Source: Conidiobolus incongruus B7586
Lineage: Eukaryota
Assembly: GCA_000697335.1 (NCBI GenBank)
Contig: JNEM01009181.1
Span: forward strand, 1 to 32,666
Length of the DNA: 32,666 nt
Direction: 5' to 3'
The translations under genes were made by a program, and so were the position numbers. Positions 22,497 to 32,431 of the stretch are shown piece after piece. How positions within the stretch are numbered: the first letter of the stretch is position 1; every line of letters starts with the position of its first letter. Below the pieces are notes generated by a model. The model saw only the letters and a program-made list of their open reading frames with translations. It did no database searches and was not told where the DNA came from.

Positions 22497-24639
22497 TATG
22501 TATTGAAATAATAAATAGTTTTAATTATGTGTTTTTTTCTAATTTTATTATTAATAATAATTTATTAATTTGGATATTTTAAATAATGTAACAAAGATAA
22601 ATATTTACATTATTAATGTATAAGGAATTCCGAATATCAAAATGCATATTATCTTTATTCATAAAAGATTTTATCTTTAATCACATGAGAATACTTAATA
22701 GTTTCAAAATATTGGTGAATTATATGCATTTTACAAATTATTATTAGTTAAAGTATGAGGTAATACTGCTATATAAATAAATTAATTTTTAGTAAAATAA
22801 GATATAAAATTGATTACTAATATTCTAACTTTTCTTACTTGGAAATAATCAATATTTATTAATTCTACTTTGAGTTGATAATACTCACAATTTAAATTAA
22901 ATTTATTTGAAAAACAAATTGGTATTAATACTAGGTTATGTAAAATGACTCATTATTGATAAGAAAAGTAGTATTATAGTTATAATGTTTATATAGTTCT
23001 AGTTATCTGTATATGTAATAAATTATTATTTACTTCCATAGAGCATTACATAAGATTTAATTTTTAAAATTTAGGGAATTAATATTGAAATTAAATAAAT
23101 GAATTTAAATTTTTTTATAATATTCCTTTATTAAAAATTATTTAAAAAAAATTTGATTTTAATAATAATCATAAAATATTCAATATTTTAATAAATTTTA
23201 ATCAAAGATAGTTTATTGAGTTATTTTAATAGTATGCAAATGATAATATTTTATAATTTTAAAATATAAAAAACTATTTTTATTAATTAATTATTATTAT
23301 CTTTTAAGTTAATTTTAAATTTATAATTTGCTTAATTATGATATAATTTGAGCCATTATACAGGGTATTATAATTTTAATGTCGATAAAGTTTCCGAGTG
23401 TTAGATTAATATATACGATTATATTTTTATATGTATCATAGTTTAAACATAATAATGTTACCAGTTTCAATTACTTTATTAAGCGATATTTTTAAAGATC
23501 TTATATGGTATTAAAACTAATTGATTTCTAGAATATAAAATTTACTTATAGTCGATTGAAAACTAATATTTAATAATAAATATTAGTTTTTTTTGTATAG
23601 AATCACAATTATTAGAATTTCAATAGTTGAAATAATAATTGTCCGAAAATTTCCTAATAAATTCCCCATTAATTTTTAATGTTATAGCCGTGATGCTGAT
23701 TATTGCAGGAAACTTTAAGTTCAACAATTATTGAGGTTATTATTCTTCATTTTGGATTAAAAATGCGGGTCAAATTTCAAAATATTCTCACCCAAATTAT
23801 CAATATATATTATGTATGAAAAATGAGGATGGTTATTATTTTACCTTTGATTAGAACAACTCTGATTGGTATGATTAATATAATTTAATACAATAGCATA
23901 CTAGCTTTATCAGTTTATAATTTATATAATTTAAAATGATTCCAACTAATATAAAAAATATCCTTAGTATTGATATTCTCAAAAATAAGATTTTTATACC
24001 CAACAATAACTTGGTATAGCTTGATTGATTATAAAGTATGAAATGTTTGAATGAATATATATAATATAGAAAGTTTATAGAATTAAACTATTATATTTAA
24101 ACTATAATATTTGAATATCCAATTTGATATATTAACATCAAAATTATGATATAAATATTGTTTTTATAATCTTTCTTAGCTCATAAATTTCAGTCAGTAA
24201 TATTAAAACAATTATGATAATTAATTACAGACATTCTAATATTATAAGATATAAAGATTTATATTTGACAAATTTGAACATAATCATATTAATAGATAAA
24301 AATACTTTTGTACTATATCTCAATTTTAATAACAAAAAATTGATAGAAATTACTATTTGTATTTTTCATTGTATTTTTCATTATATTTTACATACTATAA
24401 TTTAGTCTCACCAAACAGGACAAATTAATTAATTTTGTTTAAGTAATTTTTAAAGGATCTAATTTTTATTATTGATGATTATTGATTGTTACTTGGATTT
24501 CAATTCTTTTCATTGAAATATTTCAATAATCAATAATAAGCTATGTTGCTTTTTATATCTCTAATAGCCAATTGAGAAATTAAGTTATCACTTTAATATA
24601 TCATTTAGTCTGTTCAATTATGATGCATAGACAGCCAAA

Positions 24640-26345
24640 ATCAAATAATACATATATGAAATCTCATCACCTCAACAGAATGGAATATCCTGCTAGACAT
24701 GCCGCAGGAGAAAGCTACCATTTGAAAAGCAGTTACCAAAATGCAACTGGAGCTCCAAAGCGAGTATATTTTGCATTTATTCCATATTCAGTCGTAAGAG
24801 ACAAACTCGTCAAAAATTGAATAATATAGGGAATATATGGTTTAATAAGGGAGATCACTGCCGTAAACTTTCAGAAAATAATATTGCAAGGAAGAATTAT
24901 GAATCTCTACTTGAAACGATATTCAGTACTTCAGACGAATGTAAGTTAACTTTTTAATGTTTTACCCAGCTTATCATATAATAAATAAATGAATTCTTCA
25001 CTGAATATTAAATTACTAGCAATCATCGACAAATTCGATTTTAGCCATCTTTTAATTCTGATGCTAATGGGACAAATTACGGAAAATAATCCTATGATAA
25101 ACAACGAAATGGGATGATGCCTCAATAAAATTAATTTGGAACTTATTCGAAGATTAGTTATTGCTTATATTAAGCTCAACATTGTATTTATCAAGGAATT
25201 TTACAATCCAAAGTTTAAATATCTGGCACCTTATAATTATTTTAAATATTTTCACCCTTGGATCATATATTTCAATAAACAGCTACTTTACGAAAATATA
25301 GACTATATTGAACCTTTATTGACGTCAGTCATTTTATTTGTAGGTTATTCTTACATCAGTTATATGTATAAAGAACTGTTAAAGTATTTGAAATACATTG
25401 CAAAAATTCAATTAAGACAAAATAATTTCAATGTCTCTAAAACTAATTATCAAGCTTTTTTATCTTTTTATCTTTTTATACCCAATGCTATTTCGAGGAC
25501 TGACTAAGCAATCATTGCCTTATTACAATTAAGCATGTCCATTACTCTCTCTACTTGGGATCCATTTGGATATTCGTGTCCTACGAGATATTGGCCAACA
25601 TGACAGGAGATGTATTTAAAACATAGCAATTTTTCAAGGTTTGCATCATACTAGTAATTTAAGCTTACCACCTTATTATACTACTGTGATCCCTATAAAT
25701 CAAATTTGGAGGCAGAATATATATATGCTTAGCTCGATGGTTGTATGAACAATATTGGATACCAATCACAAATATAATGTGTAAATTCTATTTAAAATAT
25801 GATTTGTGAAGCAATCAACTCACATCCGAACTGCTAAGGACTAAGCGTAATGACTTGGGAAAATTCAACGGTTACTATTTGATTCAATCCTTTGACCAAT
25901 TTTTTTTATTGACTAGTCGTTATCCATCTCAAGATCATTTGACAATCATTCAAAAGTATGTATAGTCATTAATTTGTATATATCACCAGTGGATTCTCCT
26001 GATTCATTGGCGACAGTCGCCATGCTTCTATCCCGGTTCCAACAAGGTAGAGAGTCTCACTTGTAGATCTGTAGCTGTAAAAAGTATATTCAAAATAGTA
26101 CAATGCAGCCCTATCATTACTCTCACTATTTATTACCAATGTCAACCTGAAATATCATTTTTCTACCTGAGACTCTGTATAAATACTACTTAAAACAAAA
26201 TCTTTCAAAATGAAATACTGCGAGAATTGAGTGAAATATTTAAATTTTTTTAAATTTAAGCAAGAACATTCCGTTACAAATGATACTTTCAACGCTTTGA
26301 AAGATGATAAAGATATTGAAATAAGAACTAAATGTTGATTATTAG
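24640..26345 (+). pseudogene. Zn(II)2Cys6 paralog 6, full-length pseudogene (start approximate)
   Basis: The zinc cluster reads C*TCRRRKLPFEKQLPKCNWSSKASIFC (TAG at 24694; C3>F, C5>S). Further stops occur at 25042, 25115, 25530 and 25963, plus frameshifts. YFKYFHPWI, LSLPPYY and YHQWILLIH are retained. It ends ..ELNVDY* like the IDLPIDY* of the 6149 gene. Confidence 0.92.
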
Positions 26346-27376
26346 AGTTTTTTTTATTATAATAAATTTTATTTAATTTCATTAGTGCTTTTATTAGTAG
26401 ATGCTATATTATTTTACTATATTTTTCAACTTTAATTATATTACATTGATAGGAAATTTGATCTAACTTTTATTTCAAAATATAAAGTTCAATCAATACT
26501 TATTTATTTTCTTAATGATATTGGTTAGTAAATTCAAGTTAGTTTTCAATAGAATGGTTATCATAAAAATTTAATATATTAAAAATATAAAATAATATTA
26601 AATAATAAATTATTTTTTAATTTTGTCTTAATCATATAGTGTTTTTTTTTCTTGGACAATAAAATTAAATAAATCATAATAAATTACCTTTATATTTCAT
26701 CAATTATTTTTTTTATTTAATTCTCAAATGGTTGTTTATAAAATTGAAACAAATAAATATAAAATTATTGAAACAGGATATTAAAATTAAAAAATTAACT
26801 AGAATAATTATACAAATGATAAATATTACCAAATGATCATTAAAAGATATACAGCTAATTTATAAACTAATAATTAACATATTGTGGTTATACCAACTGC
26901 TAGTAGAATGTTGATAATATGAAAGAGAGCGGCTTGCTCCTGGTCTATTTGTTAGTTTGAGTTAAGATATTTTATTAGGATTTAATGGGCTTCAAAGAAG
27001 GCTGGAGGTGATAATAAAAATGTTTTCCAACAATGGTTCTGTTATGTATCATACTTAAGTAGTAGGCAGTGTAAAGAAAAGTATTAGGTCTTCAGAAAAA
27101 TGAGGTCTTGAAATGGCGTGACAGGTATTTCGGAGCTAAATCTTCATGAGGTAATAAATTGCGAGATGAAGTTGGTCGCCCATAGTGTTACCCGAGTCAC
27201 TACAATTTATTTAAGTAAACTTTGCTAAAATTCAATATATTTCATAACATTGATATCTAATTTGATTATATTTAATATTGATTCAATCCCATAAATTTAG
27301 TGAAAATCTTATTTTTTTAAAATCAAAATATTAATTGAAATTTAACAGTCAACAAAATAAAAAATTGTAATTAAAC

Positions 27377-28437
27377 ATGAGAAGAAGAGTTGGTGTTGCA
27401 GGATTACAAAATCAACATAAAACAAGAGTAATTGAATATAATATTTCCAACATATTTTTTGTATTTATTTTTCCATATTAGGAGTTATACAAAGAAAAAG
27501 GGAGTGAAATTGCTAAAATACAATTGGAAGAAGTAAATAAAATTTAATTTCATGTGACAGTTTATTAATATCTTATAATATATAGTTGAATAAACAATTT
27601 CAACAATTTCAAACCAATTTAGAACAATTTTCTAAGGTATATCAAAAGGAGTTGAAAAAGAATCCCGAATTTAGAGATTATTTTCATAAACTATGTTCAA
27701 AAATTGGGGTTGATACTTTAGCTTGTAATTCTGTATTGATTATTTTATATAATATTATTTATTAACTTTTTAAAAATGCTATTAGCTAGTAATGGTTTCT
27801 GGTCCAAATTATTGGGAGAAGGAGATTATTATTACGAATTAGCAATTCAACTTATTGAAATTTGTATTAATACCAGAGAATTAAACGGGGGTTTAATTCA
27901 ACTTAACAGTTTACATAATCAATTACAGTTAAAAAGAAGTAAATATGATCAATTGGTAACAAAGTAAATGAATAGATATCAAATTAAATTTATTTTGATA
28001 TTAATCAATTTTGATTAATAGGGAAGATATTATCAAATCTTTAAAAACTTTAAAACCATTAGGAGGAAGTTATCAATTACTGACAATTGGTAAAGAAGAT
28101 TTTATTCAAAGTATTCCGAGGGAGCTAAATAGAGATCAAACTGAAGCGATTAGTTTATCTCAAGTAGCATTTATAATTCTTTCAGTGCTTACTTTTATTC
28201 ATCATTTTTTATTATTTAGGAATTGAAATTTGTTACAAAAAATTCTTTAATGGAAAGATTTGAATGGTCTGAAGAGAGAACAAATCAATTACTAGTAAGT
28301 TATTTTTTGTTATATATTTTATAATTATATTAATAATATTAATTAATTAGGACTTTTTAATTGCTGAAGGTCTATTCTGGTTAGATGACCAGGTTGAACC
28401 TAATCAATATTGGTTAGCTACAGGCTTTACAGATTAA
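27377..28437 (+). CDS. SNF8: ESCRT-II subunit Snf8/Vps22 (EAP30), 7 exons, 240 aa
   Basis: Exons 27377-27427, 27482-27532, 27586-27724, 27786-27963, 28022-28163, 28220-28294 and 28351-28437 join in frame across six GT-AG introns of 53-61 nt. The protein reads MRRRVGVAGL..KNPEFR..F..LCSKIGVD.LAS..GFWSKLLG.GDYYYELAIQ..TRELNGGLI..LKPLGGSY..QSIPRELN.DQ..EGLFWLDDQ...YW. Confidence 0.95.
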
Positions 28438-28665
28438 TAAAGTTTTAAACTTTAATTGGTTTTCTATTATTACATTTATATTCATTAATTTGTTTATACA
28501 TGTCTATTACCCTAATGTTATGATATTATATAACATTAATTGATGGTATATTGTATAAAAAATAAAATATTTAAAATTAATTATACAGATAAAAATCATA
28601 TAATTATGGTATCTTTAATGAATAAAACCGGTTAAATATTAATCCAAATCATAATAATTTATTTC

Positions 28666-29547
28666 TTAATGTAAAGCATTGTAAATGCTTGAAAAGAAAG
28701 CAAATCGATGGGATTTGTCATCTCCGCTTTGACTATGGGCTTTAGCATCGGTTGGCTCAATAGAAGTTTGAGTATTGAAATAGGATCTCAAATATTTTCC
28801 ATACTCACTTCTATGACCTTGGAAAGCTTCATTCAATTTGTTTACCTCCTCATCAATATAAGGAGCCAAGTTGTTCCATTGTTGAGTGGTCATAGTTTTT
28901 GCTCTATCGAGCACATCGCCACTCCATAACAAAATAATTTTCTTTTGTTTCGAATCAAGCTTGTTGAATTCAGTCATAATAGTATTCAAGTCAATAGCTG
29001 TCTTGGCCAACTTATCAGCCAGTTTATCAACCAATTGTCTGAATTCTTCTTCTGGTGCGTTTCCTAGTTGTTTGAATAATTGCTGTAAATTATCATATGG
29101 GATATTAAACTTTGGAGTCACATCTGTAGATTTGTCTGTTTTTATAGGAGTGCTCGACTGATTGCTATTGGCAGGATTACCAGGTTGGGCAGGTTGACTA
29201 TTGTTGGAACCAGGCTGATTTACTTGAACAAGTTGACCATCATTGGGATTAGGTTGGCCAAGTTGAGCAGGTTGAACGCTATTGGAACCAGGCTGGCCAG
29301 ACTGACTAGGTTGACCATTATTCGAGCCTGGATTTCCAGGCTGACCAGATTGGCCGGGCTGACCATTATTGGAACCAGGCTGACCAGGTTGACCGGGCTG
29401 ACCATTATTGGAACCAGGCTGACCAGGTTGACCAGATTGATTACTATAGTTATCTGGGATGTATTGGTAGTAAGCAATTTGATCTGCTGGCATGGAACAA
29501 ATTGAACTTGTGCTCAACAAAGCTATAACAAAATGGATCAATTTCAT
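28666..29547 (-). CDS. Predicted secreted protein (293 aa) with GQP/GSNN repeats and a helical C-terminal domain
   Basis: The first ATG at 29547 gives the signal-peptide-like MKLIHFVIALLSTSSICS, followed by a low-complexity Gly-Gln-Pro-Asn tract and an amphipathic-looking C-terminal region. Single exon. Confidence 0.85.
   Translation of the reverse strand: MKLIHFVIALLSTSSICSMPADQIAYYQYIPDNYSNQSGQPGQPGSNNGQPGQPGQPGSNNGQPGQSGQPGNPGSNNGQPSQSGQPGSNSVQPAQLGQPNPNDGQLVQVNQPGSNNSQPAQPGNPANSNQSSTPIKTDKSTDVTPKFNIPYDNLQQLFKQLGNAPEEEFRQLVDKLADKLAKTAIDLNTIMTEFNKLDSKQKKIILLWSGDVLDRAKTMTTQQWNNLAPYIDEEVNKLNEAFQGHRSEYGKYLRSYFNTQTSIEPTDAKAHSQSGDDKSHRFAFFSSIYNALH
29180..29440 (-). repeat. Coding tandem repeat, units of about 30-48 nt (GQPGQPGSNN-type)
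   Basis: accattattggaaccaggctgaccaggttgacc recurs at 29362 and 29401 (39-nt period), with more diverged copies toward 29180. Confidence 0.9.
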
Positions 29548-30662
29548 AGTAAATAAAATCAATGAATTGATTCGGTTTTGTAAAAAAATTAGAAAAATAA
29601 GGATGAAGTAAGAATGATCAGGGTATATAAGCGATTATGATGTGATTAAATCCTTTTAATTAATTTATTATTGAATTACCTGTTAATAATACTAGGGTTA
29701 AATTAATTTATATTTTTGAATTCAATTCCATATATTCTTGAAGATTTTAAATTAAGGGTTAAAAAATTTCAAATTTGGATATTATAAAGATTAAAAATGA
29801 TGATGATTTATCTTCAATTTCCAATCTAATGAGTACGCTAATATTATAATCAATATTTTATAATATCATAACATTTTCAATTGATTCATTAATTTTATAA
29901 TCTAAGAATGTATATTAGTGAAAATAATTTTTAATAACAAAAAGATTCTGATGAAAGGTAATTAATTGGAAGCTTTTTAGAATAAAAGTTTGTTGATTAA
30001 AAATCAGATTCAATTATTAATAAAATTTATCAGAGTACATATTAGAGAGGGTTTAATTATAAAAATTTAATGGTGGATAAATTTCCAGATATTTGCTTCA
30101 GACCCATTCAACCATACATCAATGTTTAACTATGATTTTACAACTCAAAGCAGCGACATCGATATATTAATAATTATTATACCAAAATTTATGATCATAT
30201 TGATTGATACAATTATATTATATGTAGATATGTAGATTTAAATATTGATATTGTGATATTTGTATAACTATTTCAACTATTCATTATTATATCAGTCAAA
30301 ACATTTTGTAAAAACACAGAATTAGTTCTGTTATTATTCAACCTAAACAAAATGTTATTTATATATCAAAATGATTTTTTTAATATTTCTCTAATAGCCT
30401 ATTACCTGACTAGACTGAAAAGTAAAATTGCTATAATTTAAAAAATCTAAATGAATTGTTTAATGATAAATAATGATAATATTAAAACAATTCAAGTAAT
30501 AAATAATGTGGTGATATAATGTATAATGAAAATTTGATTGGAGAATGATTTATAAAAATATGAATAGATAAGAATTAAAATTTTAAATATATTGGAAAAA
30601 ATTAGTGTCAAAAAGTTTATAGAGTTTTTATTATAAATTTATATTCATAATTGAGCAAATAA

Positions 30663-30737
30663 CCTTCGATAATATGGTAGAGGTGAGTATAGCCGCCTGT
30701 CACGCGGGTGACCTGAGTTCAATTCCCAGTCGGAGAG
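30663..30737 (+). tRNA. tRNA-Asp(GTC), degenerate, possibly a pseudogene
   Basis: CCGC-CTGTCAC-GCGG anticodon arm, GTTCAATTC B-box, G discriminator and a T5 terminator at 30746-30750. Several stem mismatches. Confidence 0.85.
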
Positions 30738-31207
30738 TTTATCAGTTTTTCATCCTTTACAAATATGATATCACTAATTATATAATTTTTCGTTTCAAAA
30801 TCATTTGATAGTTCATTTACCACCCCATAATACAACATATCTCATATAAAATATATCCAGTTAAAATTACGAACCAAAATAAACCAACGCTGGCCTACTA
30901 AAAAACAATGGTATATCAAATTTCCCGATCATTTTCCAAAATTTTTGATGACTGAGGAAATTCCTAACCAAAGGTCAAGTATTTAAATAATATTAATCTC
31001 ATCATTTGCTAGTTTATTGAATGGATTAATGGATATTTTGAAATTATTAAAGATATGATGATAGTGAAAGAATTTAATTTGATATGCTTGATAATTTGCA
31101 GTTTTATAGGCTAAAACATAGATTGTTAGTTATCATTAACCTTTTTTTAGTAACAAGTAATTGAAAGCCACCAATCAATTGATGCAGTAGTCTATTTATA
31201 TTATAAT

Positions 31208-32190
31208 TCAATCACTTTCTTTAGGATATAAACAGAGTTGGCAACGCTTCCACCAATAAATATTTGGTGATTTAATAGGGCATATTTTTTTACTATCTAA
31301 GTCAATTCCCTCTTTGCATTTTCTACATAACCCTTACTTTAATTCTCTAGGTATAAAATATTCCGTATTTTTCTGAGATTTTGTCTTTGGCCTCAAATAG
31401 CTTCGATAATCAATTGGGTCAGGATAAAAACATTTATTTTTGGAAGAAACGCCATGAAAGTAATTCATATGATACCTAATAAAAATTAACGATAAATTTG
31501 AATAATCATAAATATAAAATACTTACTAATATGAACTAGACTTTAATTTAAAAGTGAGTTCGTTCCCGTTTTGAAAACAGAGTTGACATAATACTTCTTT
31601 GTCGCCATTGTGGTATATAATCCAATGAGGAGAATATACATCGCCATATTTAACTTCACCCTTTTTATGACCCTTTTTTGTCACTTGTAGTTCGAATGGA
31701 GTAGCACTATTTTCAATATCAATTTCTTTATATTCTCTTCTACCATATTTAAAGTGGCATCCATATAATTTGGGATTTTTGATTTTATCATGATCTTGTA
31801 ATTTTACGTGGTTACTAATAAAACTATATTCCACCTATAAAATATTAAAAATTTTTCAAATTAATTATTAAATACAGGTTGAACTTGATGATTTTTATTG
31901 TTATTTTCAGTATTATTGTGTGTACTACCTTGGTTTGAAAAGGATAATTGCGGATCCTGAATTTCAAGATCTTAAATATCAATGTAGAAAGATTCGTCCA
32001 AATTGTCTAAATTATTATCTTTATTTGGATTTAGTTATAAAAAATTTTATATTTATCATATTATTTACATACATAATCAAACCTTGTACATTGGTTCTGA
32101 TAAGTAATTTTTTGAGATTCTTGGTTGTAAAGTTGATTAAGCTTACATCTTAATAATTCTTCAGTATTGAAAAAAATATGATAGTCGGAA
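31208..32190 (-). pseudogene. Rua1-like (DUF4451-type) zinc-finger regulator pseudogene, probably 4 exons (5' end approximate)
   Basis: Spliced translation gives DVYSPHWI....KEVLCQLC...FKLKSSSY*YHMNYFHGVSSK...YPDP...K*GLCRKC..ID...IYWWKRCQLC, matching the DLYTPRW/KEGLC/SAYWYHM.F.HGIS/WxxH..KCH pattern. Introns lie at 31476-31526 and 31835-31875, and probably ~32020-32069. Three in-frame stops and no clear ATG. Confidence 0.75.
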
Positions 32191-32218
32191 TATTTATTTA
32201 ATTTTTATAACAGGGCAA

Positions 32219-32423
32219 TGTATACAAGTTGTTTCAATGTGAACAGTGTGGGAAAAAGTCCTTGTTTATTTGGCAATGGTTCCCATTTTTATATGTAAAA
32301 GTTGGTGAGGGTTCAGAGGTAAAATTAGACAAGATAAGATCAAGTAGATAAAAGAGATAAGATAAGGTAAGCAGATATGATTGACAGTGTCACGATGATG
32401 ACAAAGTGATCTGATCTATGACA
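32219..32423 (-). repeat. 3' LTR (~205 bp; distal boundary uncertain by ~15 bp)
   Basis: Starts TGTCATA after the PPT, with TATAAAAA at 32293-32286 and AATAAA at 32270-32265. The candidate end is ..TATACA at 32219. Confidence 0.75.
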
Positions 32424-32431
32424 CTCCCCTC
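32424..32431 (-). other. Polypurine tract
   Basis: GAGGGGAG immediately precedes TGTCATAG and overlaps the pol stop codon. Confidence 0.85.

Noticed and set aside
24214..24405. 63-aa ORF
   Set aside because: AT-rich Ile/Asn/Lys composition with no motif; likely chance.
24620..26382. ORFs 24620-24820, 25136-25507 and 26155-26382
   Set aside because: They are off-frame, fragment and antisense pieces of the TF pseudogene.
27776..28226. Two small ORFs as separate genes
   Set aside because: They are exons 4 and 5 of SNF8 read into introns.
29180..29440. Repeat array as CRISPR-like
   Set aside because: There are no unique spacers, unit lengths are multiples of 3 within a CDS, and the context is eukaryotic.
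28708..29505. Overlapping ORFs 28708, 28886, 29185 and 29220
   Set aside because: Antisense or alternate frames kept open by the coding repeat.
31920..32153. 77-aa plus-strand ORF
   Set aside because: It is antisense to the Rua1-like exons and intron, and has no ATG start or motif.
8504..32190. Stop-codon reassignment (TAA/TAG read as Gln or Trp) explaining the interrupted genes
   Set aside because: Intact genes contain no internal stops and end in TAA. The mariner and TF pseudogene also have frameshifts and lost key residues.
30663..32423. Ty3-style tRNA-targeted integration
   Set aside because: The LTR is ~1.5 kb downstream of the tRNA, not at its transcription start.
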